NCBI RefSeq assembly: GCF_009914755.1
Contig: NC_060931.1
Length of the DNA: 64,000 nucleotides
Source: the human T2T-CHM13v2.0 reference genome, Homo sapiens
Strand: one strand, 5' to 3'
The number at the start of each line of letters is the position of its first letter. Position 1 is the stretch's first letter. Below the pieces are notes generated by a model that was not told the origin of the DNA, ran no database searches, and was given only the letters and a program-made list of their open reading frames with translations. Shown one piece after another: positions 31,751 through 48,200 of the stretch. The translations under genes were made by a program, and so were the position numbers.

Positions 31751-31870
31751 ATGTCTTGAAGTCAGTATATATTTTTGACAATCACCTCATCTACACGTAG
31801 ATACAATACAGGGCAAAGATCATGGAAGTGGAAGGTATCACCAGGCACTCACCAATGTAGTAAATACTAG

Positions 31871-32282
<412 letters not shown>

Positions 32283-32940
32283 TAAACAAATTATTTTTTA
32301 ATATTTGATTTTGGGAGTTTTTTTATATTATTTCAAGGAGTGCAATTCAAAGAAGGAAAAAGATAATTTTTGTCCTTAATTTGGTGTTTTTTCCTTCATT
32401 TAAAATTTATATAACCTACTTTACTTATAGTACAAATTCTTATTTGTTTAGCTTCCTGGAATTCATGTATCTATAAATGACCGTTGTTCTATGCTGCTTT
32501 ATGCAGAAAAGAAAGTAGGATTCTGATTATAATGTGGGCTTTGTTTATGGTAGTATTTTTTTAAGATGCAAAATTTGATCTTGCAATCTTTGAGTTGAAT
32601 TTGCAGTTTTAAAATAAAAAGGTCTTATATCTGTGCAAAGAAAAAATATTGTATTGACATTGCTTGTTAAATTAAGGAGTGAGGCCTGCACAAGTATTAG
32701 TAATGTGAATCCTCACAGTAGTCTCCAGAGAAAAAAAATGACAATGAAGTCATGTTACCAATAGGACAATCACCATTTGCCTGAGATAGAAATAGGCACA
32801 TTCTCTATGTAACTACATGCTTAAGCTGGAGCAATTCAGAATTAATTGGGGTTTAGAACTATGAAATTATCACTGAAAACAGAGCCAAGATTTCATTTTA
32901 AAATGGCCTCCCCTGAAAGACAGTTTAACAGCTAGCATTA

Positions 32941-33192
<252 letters not shown>

Positions 33193-34505
33193 TCATAGGT
33201 CACAACAACATGACAAATAATAACACATAGACTCAAATGGGCCCCCTCACTTGATTCAAAGCCCTGGATTATTATACCATCCTACCAAATAGCAATCAGG
33301 CACTGCCAATTGGGCATGCAGCTCCTTGTCTCCCTCCCTCAGAGTGCTATGAAAGACCTAGGGCTCATATATTTGTTCAGGCAAAGTGAGTGTATCTGTG
33401 CCACTCCTGTTGCCACACACCCTTGCAGACAGCCTCGGGTGCACCTTTATATTTCAAAGTTGCCTCAGATACTCCAATCTGACCTGATTTGACCTCAGTA
33501 AAAAACACTGGTGAAGTAGGTATGGAACTCACCTACCTGCAACCCCTGACGATGGTCTTATCCATCTCCCTTTATAATCTCCTCTAGACTCGCCAATTAG
33601 CAACAGTTGTCACAAAGACAAATGTGAAAAAGAGAGCTTTTAAAAATTAAACTTGGACTTTTTTTCTTATTCAAACTTCCAAGGCCCTTTGGGAACCTCC
33701 CAGAGTTTTAATTTCCTAGGGAAAGGCCTCATCCACAGAAAGACACGGTCTTCACAGATTCAATGATTTATCAGTGTTACACTCTGTAATGACTCAGTCG
33801 GCTAAGCCTGTACAATCACACAAAGAGAGGCACAGGAAACTATGGAGTCCTCGTCTAAATGTACAAAAATGATAGAGCAACTGTCATCCACACACAGTAA
33901 GAATGAGTGCACATATATAGACTATCCACAGACATTCCATTGCAAAATGTAATTATGCCCTTTCTATGGTGTCTTTGTGGTCTGACTGTGCTGCACTCTC
34001 CTAACCGGCAATGCTGAGTCGATCATCTATCTGACTTGAAACTGTCTTCAAATTTCACACAGGACGTCTATCGCAATCTATGTTTGCTGCATGGCAAGTC
34101 TCGATTTTCCCGTCTCTATTAGTTGTGTTTTTGTTTTCCATTATATTCAAGCATACATTTTTCTAATTCCAACCAAATTCAATGGGAAATAAAGATAAAC
34201 AAAAATAAAAGGTTTAAATTCACCTTTAAAAGTAAGGTAAACATGCACATTATGATGCCACATGTGGGGATTCCAATGTCATCATTACTTACAAATTTTG
34301 CTAATGGCCCAAATTTAAGAGTTGCTAGCCCATATCAATGACTGAGAGAATAAGACCGTTTGAAGTATATAGGAATGTCAAGAGCTTTGAAATCAGTGTT
34401 TTCCTAAGTGAGGTCTGCTTATCATTGATGTACATGAAATAACTATCAATGGTACTAAGATACATGTTTTTGTCTTTAATAATTATGTACTTATCTTAAA
34501 TGAGT

Positions 34506-34806
34506 TTTGTTTTGTTTGTTTTTTGAGATGGAGTCTCGCTCTATCACCCAGGCTGGAGTGCTGTGGTCCGATCTCAGCTCACTGCAACCTCTACTTCTCA
34601 GGTTCAAGTGATTCTCGTGCCTCAGTCTCTTGAGTAGCTGGGACTACAGGCATGTACCACTATGCTTGGCTAACTTTTATATTTTTAGTAGAGAAGGGGT
34701 TTCACCATGCTGGCCAGGCTGGTCTTGAACTCTTGACCTCAAGTGATCTGCCCACCTTGGCCTCCCAAAATGCTAGGATTACAGGCATAAGCCACTGCCT
34801 TTGGCC
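34506..34806 (-). mobile_element. AluS/J
   Basis: Reverse Alu with T-rich tail; aatgagt on both flanks. Confidence 0.93.
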
Positions 34807-34989
34807 TCTAATGAGTATTTAAAAATGTAACTAGCACATAAAACCTGATTTTTTGTGGGAGGGGTATTATTACTTAGGATGAAGCTGAAGGAGGTGGGCA
34901 CTCAGACTGGTGAACTTTCTATTTCTTTTTCTTACCTTTCCCTAACCTATATGCTGTTTTCACATCCTCCATATAAGACTGGTTTTCTT

Positions 34990-35265
34990 GAGGAAGCTGA
35001 ACATGAAAGGCTATATGTCTGATTCCATTTATTTGAAATTCTGGAAAGGGCAAAGTTATAATGAAAGAGAGCAGATCAGTGGTTGTCAGAGACTGGGATT
35101 ATGAGAAGCAGAATGACTGCAAGCAGGTCTGAGGAAACTTCTTGGGGTGATGAGAATGATATATGTGGTTATACGACTGTATACATTTGTCAAAATTCAC
35201 TGAATTCTAAGCTTAAAGTTGGTGAATAGCATATAAATTAGATCTTAATAAAACTGAACTAAAAA
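34990..35265 (+). mobile_element. Old L1M 3'UTR fragment
   Basis: gattccatttatttgaaattctggaaagggc...ataaattagatcttaataaa. Confidence 0.7.
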
Positions 35266-36489
35266 AGACTGATTTTCTTGTAATCATTTTAAATATTTTC
35301 CCCTCTTCTCCCATTTTGTTTCCTCTGTTTCCATTCTTACCTTGTGTTGTTACCATGTTGCTTTACGTGATAGGGGATGAGCACCATTTTTGCCCTCCTC
35401 CAAGGAAGGACAGTTCTTGAAGTTGCTGAATGTTTTCAGATGCCAAAAGGAGTCTGAAAAATCCTGCTATTGAGTAGGAAGCAGAAAAGGGAACAATCTC
35501 AATGTGACTCAATTCAGGAGGAATGTATGAACACCTAGTATACAGACAGTACCATACAAAGAAGCACTGGAGGACTTTAAAAAGAAATGTTATCTTTTTC
35601 TCAGCTCTTTTTTCCAAGCAAGTGTGAAATGACTGGGGTCTGGATTGGGGAGGGGGAGACACAACAGGATAGGTAGTTAATTCATTATTCCCAGGAAACT
35701 CAGCATTCGAGTCAATTAATATAAAGCTGCACATGGACATAACCCTTGACTACAGGGACAGTGTCTCAGGAACAATTAAGACCTGAATAATCATAAACCA
35801 GTCCCCACCCAGCTTCCACACCCTGGACTCTTCTAGATCAAGAACTGCCCCACCTGTGAAACCTTGAACTGCAGCAATGCATTTCTTGATCAGTTCGTCC
35901 TGCCTTTCTAGGTCACTCACTCCCCTCCCAATACACCTAATCTTAGCTCCCAAGACCTTTGTCTCTTGCTCAGCATTTGCCCACATGACTTTCCTTCCTT
36001 TCTTATTACCTAGCCCGACCGTATTACTTCGTATTGTCAACATCATCTCTGGCTCCTGTGTCTCCTAGCCCTCCGGTCCCCCAGATCCTTACCTTTTTTG
36101 CTCTTAGAGTATCCAGGAGACTGAGCACTGACAGGGAACATAGCCATGAGGTTGCCAACCATAGTGACACATGTAATGCTGACAGGCAATCCATTTATTT
36201 CCCCCATTCAGCTTTCCTTCTCTTTTTGTTTAGTGGTGATTTGAAATATTTACCTCTCTCCTCAAACTCCTTACCTTCAAACAACTTTCTCTTGGCAGAT
36301 GATGTAGTCCCCTATGCCAGTAAGAAAAACCAAGGCCATCAGGTGGAAATTCTCTAAATTGTAATATCTACAAGACCAAAGGTCTGTCTTATTTAGAGGT
36401 CTATGAGAAAAGTGTAGCACCAGGTGCAAAGTAGGGGCTTACTCAATATTTATTGAGTGAATGAAGGAGCAACTTTTTCACCGGCAAAA

Positions 36490-36910
36490 GCAGGATGGCC
36501 CAGTAGTAGATTATATTTTTTGCCCAAAGTCAAAGCCCCTGTCTACTGGGTTGTTCTCCATATTCACAGCCCCTCTCTATGTCCCTGTTCTTGTGAACTC
36601 AGACATGATCGTGGGAGTTGCTTCGGCCATGAAATGTGTACCGAGATGGTGTGTTTCCCTTCCCAGCAGCAGCTTTAAGAGCTTGTGCATGGTTTGGCAT
36701 TCTCTCTTTTCCTTCTGCCACCGAGACTGCAGTATTCCAGATATGAGCCAATCCTCTCACTTAAATCCTGAAATGTGGACAACATGGAATCAAGTCAGAG
36801 CCAACTGGTTCCGGACACGGGTATGAAAGAGAAATAAATCTTTTCTGTTGTAAGCCACAGAGATTGTGGGATTGTTGCCACAGTATGACCTGGTTAACCT
36901 TGACAGGTAC
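36490..36910 (+). mobile_element. MLT1J-like LTR within L2 remnants
   Basis: agaaataaatcttttctgttgtaagccacagagattgtggg 3' motif. Confidence 0.65.
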
Positions 36911-37285
36911 AGGGCTCCACACACACTGTTTTCTTTCTTCTCCTGGCTCAGGAAGCGAAATGTTCCTCCTTTTGCCCCAGGTTAATCTCCCCAACCTCCA
37001 CCAGTCTCATTGGGTCCCTTCCCTCAGTTGTCACTTCTCTCTTCTGAACTTTTCAAGCACTCCCTTTCTGTTGACTTCTCCTTAGCACATAGACATATGT
37101 GAATATCTCCCATCTTAACAAAACCAAATGAATAATCAAACTCTTCTTAGACACCACTTCCTTTTCCAGTTATCCCAACTTCTCTCTATTTTTCCAAAAA
37201 AGAGGTTTCCACCTCCCATCTGTATTTTCTTTTCTTACCTATTCTGGTCTATGTGGCTGTGGCACTGACACTTTGGCCATACAAG

Positions 37286-37612
37286 TGAGACAGCCAGGCG
37301 AGAGGGGGTCCCTGGAGAAACTCCAACCAGCCTGCCCACTGAGGGGGAGACTTGGGAAGTTCGCACCCTTTGCAGTGGGGAGAAGCCTGGCCCCTCCTCT
37401 TCTTGAGTAGAACCTGGGATTCAAACAGCCAGGTGGGAAGCACTCTAGCCGGGATTCTGGTCTTGTGAGAGTCCCTGTTTCCCCCTTTTCTTCCTTTTCA
37501 CCCAATAAAACCCTGTCTTACTCACGGTTCAAATTGTCTGAGAGCCTGAAATTTCATGGCCATGGGACAAAGAATGCCATCTTTAGCTGAACTAAGGAAA
37601 AGTCCTGCAACA
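37286..37612 (+). mobile_element. MER61-like ERV1 solo LTR
   Basis: TG...CA ends (tgagacagcc...gtcctgcaaca), 4-bp TSD caag (37282-37285, 37613-37616), internal AATAAA at ~37504. Confidence 0.85.
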
Positions 37613-38482
37613 CAAGCTGGTTGTATTTTGCAGATATTGGCTAGTAACACCAGGAAAAAATAATAATTTGTTGTCTTTGCCTCTTCTAACCATTATTCCT
37701 CGTTTTTTTCTTCTGAAACCAGGGCAAGAGAGCATTTCCTCCAAAGGAAAGCTGAACCTATTATTACTTCACAGTAGTACAGCATGGACCTTGGCTGTAG
37801 GTTCCAGAAGAAATCACTGTTTCCTACCTCAAAATTTACACACACAACGGGGAGTCCTAGGCCTAGGCTATACACCTCTTTCTTTCCTGATGGTGAGTTT
37901 CCTATTCATCTATAACATCTGTTAATCAGAGGCTAGGGAACACTGTGTATCACATATTTGTCTGGGGTGTTAATCATATTATACTGTCCTGGGGCCACCT
38001 ATCAGTCCCAAAATACTTTTCTCTATTATTCATAGAATGTCGGGGGGCTCCTCATGCAAAGAAGAATGGCTGTGGCCTTCTCTGAAATTCAGAATTTTGG
38101 AGTTAGACACATGGACTGGATTCTGCACAGATATATTACACTGTAAGTTGCATGTAAGGAAATTGATCTGCTCTTCAAATTTATTTAAACTCAGTAAGAA
38201 TGAACATGGCACTATCCTAAAAACTGACAGCATGTCTGTGCATACTGTTTAATTAAAATAACCCAACATAATTAAAGCCCCTGGCTCTTGCCAAGGGTTT
38301 TTAAATGTTCTGTTCTGCTGAACTGCACCTATGATGCTATAGACACATAGTCATCATTCTAGATTTTCTTTTGTTTCCCCCGGTCATACCAACTTTGTGG
38401 AATAACCAACAATTTGTGAAACAAACACAATGGTTTAGGACGTAAAGTCCTCTCTTTCCCTTCCAAATTATCCCAGCCCCTC

Positions 38483-38861
38483 TGATACGGTTTGGATTTG
38501 TGTCTCTGCCCAAATTTCATGTTGAATTGTAATCCCCAGTGTTGGAGGAGGGGCCTGGTGGGAGGTGACTGGATCATGGGGGCAGATTTTCCCCTTGCTG
38601 TTCTCGTGATAGTGAGTGAATTCTCAAAGATCTGGTTGTTTAAAAGCTTGCAGCACCTCCCCTCTTCTCTCTCCCTCCTGCTCCAGCCACATAAGACCTG
38701 CCTACTTCCCCTTTGATTTCTGCCACGATGCTAAGACTCCTGAGGCCTCCACAGCCGTGCTTCCTGTACAACCTGCAGAACCATGAGCCAATTAAACCTT
38801 TTATTTATAAATCATCAGTCTCAGGTAGTTCTTTATAGCAGTGTGAGAATGGACTAATACA
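38483..38861 (+). mobile_element. MST (MaLR) solo LTR
   Basis: tgatacggtttgg...ggactaataca; near-TSD ccctc/ccttc. Confidence 0.9.
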
Positions 38862-38886
38862 CCTTCCCTTCTCACTGTCTCTAAGA

Positions 38887-39243
38887 CAGGAGTTCCCAGT
38901 CCCTGAGCTGTGGATTGGCACCTGTCAGTGGTCTGTTAGGGACCCTGTGGTGGGTGCACAGCAGGAGGCGAGCAGTGGGCAAGCAAGCACTACTGTCTGA
39001 GCTCCGCCTCCTGTCAGATCAACTGCGTTAGATTCACATAGGAGCATGACCCCTATTGTGAACTGTGCATGCAAGGGGTCTAGGATGCATGCTTCTTATG
39101 AGAATCTAATGCCTGATGATCTGAGGTAGAACAGTTTCATCCTGAAACCATCCAACCCTCCACCCCCGCCCCACCCTGCCCACTGTGGAAAAATTGCCTT
39201 CCACAAAACCAGTCCTTCATGCCAAAAAGGTTGGGGGCTGCTT
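38887..39243 (+). mobile_element. MER1B (hAT-Charlie)
   Basis: ctccgcctcctgtcagatc...aaaaaggttgggg; 8-bp near-TSD ctctaaga/ctctgaga. Confidence 0.88.
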
Positions 39244-39586
39244 CTCTGAGACTTATTTCAATGCATTGATCACTTTTGGATTTTGGGGTCATTCTCATTG
39301 CTCTTTATTCTGATGCAGGGTGGCCTCTTCTAGCCTGACTGCCATCCTTCTGCAGCCACATTTCCTACAGCTGTGCTCATCTGGTAGTTTCATGCTTTGT
39401 AAATTGTACTGCTGAATAAGGCTCTTAGTCCATCAGTGACTGTCACTCTTAAACACATTTCAAAAGTATTCTGGCTTTCATGGTTCTCTCACCTCAGATA
39501 CCCTTAGGACAACTTTCCAAGAGTTTACCTAGAGGATATTTGAATGGTACCATCCTGTTTTAATAAAAAGGTCCCTCCTCACTTTT

Positions 39587-40110
39587 CTGTTAGGATGCTT
39601 TTGGTTGTAACACAATAGCACATTAAAGGTGGCTTAAGGAATAGAGAGCTAATTTCCTCCACAACAGGAAGTCTTGAGGTAGGCTTTCCTAGGGTTGGGT
39701 CAGTAACTCAAAAATATCAGGATTCTTGGCTCTTTCCTATTCTTTTCCTTCTGTTATCCTCAATGTATTGAAGATTTGTCCGTGTGTGGTCACAAGATGC
39801 TTACCATAGCTCTAAGCATCATGGCCTCACACAAAAACACAGAAGCAAGAAGGGAAACTGGTGTTTTGTTTTGTGTACATCTCTCTCTCTTTTTATTAGA
39901 TGTGAAAACCTTTCCCAGAAGCCTCTAGCATATTTCCCTTGGGCCCTACTGGCCAATATTGGATAAGCACCCATGCTGTATCTGCAAGGGAGGCTGAACA
40001 GGGAGAAAGCTGGCATACTTAGTTTCTACAATGGGAGGAAAGCTCTGCCAGCAAGGAAGAAGGGAGTTAGGAATGGCCATCGTGTGAGCAACATCAGTGA
40101 TCACCACATC
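39587..40110 (-). mobile_element. MLT1K-like LTR
   Basis: gttaggatgcttttggttgtaac...ggcttaag start typical of a reverse MLT1. Confidence 0.6.
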
Positions 40111-40732
40111 ACTGCCAACTAAGATCCCAGGTGCCTTGGGTGTCTCCTGCCTCAGAGTGAATTCTATGTCTAAATAAAGGAACCTGCCCCTACAGTTGGC
40201 CTCCCACGTCTCCTTTGTTAGGAAGTAATAATCTCACCTTTCCAGACAGTTCCACCATTCCCAAAGACCTCTTAATAATTTCTTCCCACAGCCCAAGGCA
40301 GTCTTAGGGCAAATAGAACTCCTAGTGACTTTCCTGGTACTCCAGAATCAACCTGAGCAGGATATGTAGATTAATATCCTACTTCTTCATTCTTCTGTCC
40401 TCCCATCCCCCAACCCAATTTTTGCTAATTTAAAGCAACAGAAAGCCATGTTTACTCCTTATGCAGGCTCAGAAAAATTGTGTATGGGCTAGCAAAAATA
40501 TTTGTACTTTTTTCCAGGATGATCATTAATATCTCTGAGGAGTAATGACAAAGACGACTTACTCTCATATACACTTATTGACCTAATCTTGTTTCTTTAT
40601 AACCTTACATCATGTGTGCATTATATCATTATACAGAATCTAACACAGTATCAGCTCTCATGTTGTCAATAACTGTTGTTAGGTACAATCTAAATCCTTT
40701 TTAACATATCATGCCTAGATTTTAAAAACTTA

Positions 40733-40948
<216 letters not shown>

Positions 40949-42653
40949 TTAATGTGAGCTCTTTTTGTCATTACTACCATCTGAAAGCATTTATTAGGCA
41001 TCTAATTCCATGTGGTACTATTCTGGCTGGTACATAAAACAAAGCAATGCAACAAATTTTGCCTAGGAGTTTAATATCAAATGTACACAGAGTAATTAAT
41101 AGACTTAAAAATTCACAATTATCAAATGACAAAGAGGGAAAGCAAGCTCAGGCTGGTCTCAAAGTGGTGGCACATCTCAGAAAGGCCTTTATGCAATTTC
41201 ATTAATATCTCTTGAGTACTTACTATGCTCAAGACCCTGTTGGGCCTATAGGGATTGATGTGATAAAAATCTCTGCCTTCTAGGGGCAAATAATCTTATA
41301 GGGAAACATATATTACCCAATAATAAGTTTTCCTCCTTCTAAAGGACAGTTTTCTGTCCCCTCAGGTATACTTTAGCCTTGCTCTGCTGAAATCTTACCA
41401 TGAACCATTACTCACTTTGTCACTTCCAGCACCTTATGATGCACAGGCTGTATTTTCCTTTGAGGTCATGATGCCATGTTTGCAGGGGCCTTCTGGCAGG
41501 GAAAGATGGGACAGGCTTTGCTTCTTTTAAGGCCATGTCCTTCCTTAGATTGCATTCCCCCTCATAAATTATGGATTAAGATGCAGTTATACTTAGTTGG
41601 CTGTCACAAAACCCAAAAACACGGTGGCTTCAATAACATTTAATTTACTTTGAGAATAAGCAGTGCAAGAATGGCATAATGGTTCAGGAATCTATGCTCT
41701 GTCTTCTTGCTGTGCCATTCTGAACTCCAGGCCTTCATGCTGTGGTCTAAGTTGGCTGCTCCAAACTTTGCATGAATATGGCTGCTGTGTGCAGCACAGA
41801 ATATAGCAGGTAAGGGAGAAAGCATGGAAATGAGTCAAGTCATCACTGTAGCCTATGTGAGAGAGGATGGTGGCTTAGACTAAGATGGTAGATGTGGAAA
41901 GAGAAAGAAATGGGCAGATCTGAGATATTTGGAAGTAGCATCAACTGGATTTGTTGCTACTGTGAGGGGGACTGTGAGGGAAGATTCATGAGGGTTGTGC
42001 AGAGGGAAGAATGCAATCAATGATGACTTTTAGGTTCTGGCTTTAACTACTGGGTGATTCCATTAAATGAGTTGTAGGAAAGGAGAGATTTAGGGGATCA
42101 AATCAAGCGTTCGGTGTAGGCATTTTAAGCTTGAGATTCCTATCAGACAATTATGAGAATACCTGCTTGCCTACTGAGTTTTTGACTATTATCTGGATTT
42201 CTCCTTCTTATGTCCTAATGCCTAAATGGGTGCTCAATCCCAAAGGCTTCCATAATTAGGAATAAATCTGTGCCCCTATCCATTCTTCAGTTTTGTTGCT
42301 GGAATTTCCTGGCTGCATGTTTGTAGCCAGGAAACATACCAGAGTTTCAGTATGTTTCAGACCAGAGTTTGTAGCTCTCAATTTCCCCAGCTCCATTCTG
42401 CATGGTGCTGGGTTCCCATTTCCCTCTCTCTTCCTGACCCTGTGTTTCTGCAGTTGTAGGATGCCTTGGGACCAAGTCAACACAAGTCAAGCTTTTGGGA
42501 ATAGACTAATGATTTTTTCAAATGAAAGAAGATCTTGGAAATTTTTGTCTTGTATAATTTTCTTTTTTTTTGGTGTTGTCCATTCATTGGGTATAGGCAA
42601 ATTAAATAAATACATTTTTAGAAAATGGCCAAACAGTAAATAAATGTTAATAA

Positions 42654-44570
<1,917 letters not shown>

Positions 44571-44601
<31 letters not shown>
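44571..44601. repeat. (AT)n microsatellite at the L1 tail
   Basis: About 15 AT units directly after aaagtataattaa. Confidence 0.95.
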
Positions 44602-44604
<3 letters not shown>

Positions 44605-44741
44605 GACATCTTCGTGGCCTTAGAGCATGCAGATGTAGTTCTACCAGGTTGCTCAAAGCTCATCAAGACTGAGAAATGCTAACTAAACTGGCAAGCAACT
44701 GATTGGTCTTTTTGAGGGAAAATTTAAGAAATTGTAATGTG

Positions 44742-45091
<350 letters not shown>

Positions 45092-45271
45092 TTATCTGTA
45101 CTGAAGGTATCCTCTGAAAACCAGTTTACATATCAATAATCTGCTTGATAGGTGCAGAATAAGATGTAATATAGAGTGTTAAATGTCCTCAAAATATGTG
45201 TTCATTAACCCTTGTAAGTCTGGGAAACTAGCTTTCTTTAGTCCAGGGATATTTCTGTCAAAGTTAGCACT

Positions 45272-48200
45272 GTTGAGCAGTGGTTTGTAGTTTTCTTTGA
45301 AGAGGTCCTTCACATCCCTTGTAAGTTGTATTCCTAGGTATTTTATTCTCTTTGTAGCAATTTTGAATAGGAGTTCAGTATGATTTGGCTCTCTGTTTGT
45401 CTACTATTGGTGTGTAGGAATGCCTGTTATTTTGCACATTGATTCTGTATCCTGAGACTTTGCTGAAGTTGCTTATTAGCTTAAGGAGATTTTGGGCTGA
45501 GACCATGGGGTTTTCTAAATATAAAATCAAGTCATCTGCAAACAGAGACAATTTGACTTCCTCTCTTCCTATTTGAATACATTTTATTTCTTTCTCTTGC
45601 CTGATTGCCCTGGCCAGAACTTCCAACACTATGTTGAATAGGAGTGGTGAGAAAGGGCATCCTTGCTTTGTGCTGGTTTTCAAAGGGAATGCTTCCAGTT
45701 TTTGCCCATTCAGTATGATATTGGCTTTGGGTTTGTCCTAAATAGCTCTTTTTATTTTGAGATACAGTCCATCGATACCCAGTTTATTGAGAGTTTTTAG
45801 CATGAAGAGCTGTTGAATTTTGTTGAATGCCTTGTCTGCATCTATTGAGATAATCATGTGGTTTTTGTCATTGGTGTTGTTTATGTGATGGATTACATTT
45901 ATTGATTTGTGTATGTTGAACCAGCCTTGCATCCCAGGGATGAAGCCGACTTGATTGTGGTGGATAAGGTTTTTGACGTGCTGCTGGATTCGGTTTGCCA
46001 GTATTTTATTGAGGATTTTTGCATCTATGTTCCGGGGATATTGGCCTGAAATTTTCTTTTTTTGTGTGTGTCTCTGCCAGGTTTTTGTATCAGGATGATG
46101 CTGCCCTCATAAAATGAGTTAGGGAGGATTCCCTCTTTTTCTATTGTTTGGAATAGTGTCAGAAGGAATGATACCAGCTCCTCTTTGGACCTTTGGTAGA
46201 ATTCAGCTGTGATCCCGTCTGGTCCTGAGCTTTGTTTGGTTGGTAGGCTATTAATTACTGCCTCAATTTCAGAACTTGTTATTGGTCTATTCAGGGATTT
46301 GAATTCTTCCTGGTTTAGACTTGGGAGGGTATATGTATCCAGGAATTTATCCATTTCTTCTAGATTTTGTAGTTTATTTGTGTAGAGGTGTTTATAGTAT
46401 TCTGTGATGGTAGTTTGTATTTCTGTGGGATCCGTGGTGATATCCTCTTTATCATTTTTTATTGTGTCTATTTGATTCTTCTCTCTTTTCTTATTAGTCT
46501 GGGTAGCAGTCTATCTATTTTGTTAATCTTTTCAAAAAACCAAGTCCTAGATTCATTGATGTCTTGAAGGGTATTTTGTGTCTCTATCTCCCTCAGTTCT
46601 GCTCTGGTCTTATTTATTTCTTGTCTTCCTCTAGGTTTTGAATTTGTTTGCTCTTGCTTTCTTAGTTCTTTCAATTGTGATGTTAGGGTGTCGATTTTAG
46701 ATCTTTCCCACTTTCTCCTGTGGGCATTTAGTGCTATAAATTTCCCTCTAAACACTGCTTTAGCTGTGTCTCAGAGATTCTGCTACATTGTGTCTTTATT
46801 CTCATTGGTTTCAAAGAACTTATTTATTTCTGCCTTAATTTTGTCATTTCCCCAGTAGTCATTCAGGAGCAGGTTGTTCAGTTTGCATGTAGTGGTGAGG
46901 TTTTGAGTGAGTTTCTTAATCCTGAGTTCTATTTTGGTAGCACTGTGGCCTGAGAGACTATTTGTTATGATTTCTGTTCTTTTGTATTTGTTGAGGAGTG
47001 TTTTACTTCTAATTATGAAGTCAATTTTAGAATAAGTGCAATATGGTGTTGAGAAGAATATATATTCTGTTGATTTGGGGTGGAGAGTTCTGTAGATGTC
47101 TATTAGGTCTGCTTGGTCCAGAGCTGAGTTCAAGTCCTGGATATTCTTGTTAATTTTCTGTTTTCGTTGATCTGTCTAATATTGACAGTGGGATATTAAT
47201 GTCTCCCACTATTATTGTCGGGGACTCTAAGTCTCTCTGTAGGCCTTTAAGAACTTGCATTACTGGCTGGGCACGGTGGCTCACACCTGTAATCCCAGCA
47301 CATTGGGAGGTCGAGGCAGGAGGATCACCTGAGGTTGGGAGTTCGAGACCAGCCTGACCAACATGGAGAAACCCCATCTCTAGTAAAAATACAAAATTAG
47401 CCGGGTGTGGTGGCATGAATGCCTGTAATCACAGCTACATGGGAGGCAGAGGCAGGAGAATCGCTTGAAACAGGAGGGGGAGGTTGCAGTCAACTGAGAT
47501 CAAGCCAATGCCCTCCAGCCTGGGCAACAAGAGCAAAACTCTGTATCAAAAAAAAAAGAAAAAAAAGAACTTGCATTATGAATCTGGGTCCTCCTGTATT
47601 GGGTGCATATATTTTTAGGATAGTTAGCTCTTCTTGTTGCATTGATCCCTTTACCACTATGTAATGTCCTTCTTTGTCTTTTTTGATCTTTGTTGGTTTA
47701 AAGTCTGTTTTATCAGAGACTAGGATTGCAACCCCTGCATTTCTTTGCTGTCCGTTTGCTTGGTAAATATTCCTCCATCTCTTTATTTTGAGCCTATGTA
47801 TGTCTTTGCATGTGAGATGGGTCTCCTGAATACAGCACACTCATGGGTCTTGACTCTTTATCCAATTTGCCAGTCTTTGTCTTTTAATTGGGGCATTTAG
47901 CCCACTTACATTTAAGGTTAATATTGTTATGTGTGATTTTGATCCTGTCATTATGATGTTAGCTGGTTATTTTGCCCGTTAATTGATGCCGTTTCTTCAT
48001 AGTGTTGATGGTCTTTACAATTTGGTATGTTTTTGCAGTGACTGGTACCAGTTTTTTCTTTCCATATTTAGTACTTCCTTCAGGAGCTCTCATAAGGCCG
48101 GCCTGGTGGTGCCAAAATGTCTCAGCATTTGTTTGTCTGTAAAGGATTTTATTTCTCCTTCACTTATGATGCTTAGTTTGGCTGGATATGAAGTTCTGGG

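Noticed and set aside
37286-37612. p53 response element in the MER61 LTR
   Set aside because: Some MER61 subfamilies carry p53 sites, but I find no intact RRRCWWGYYY pair in this copy.
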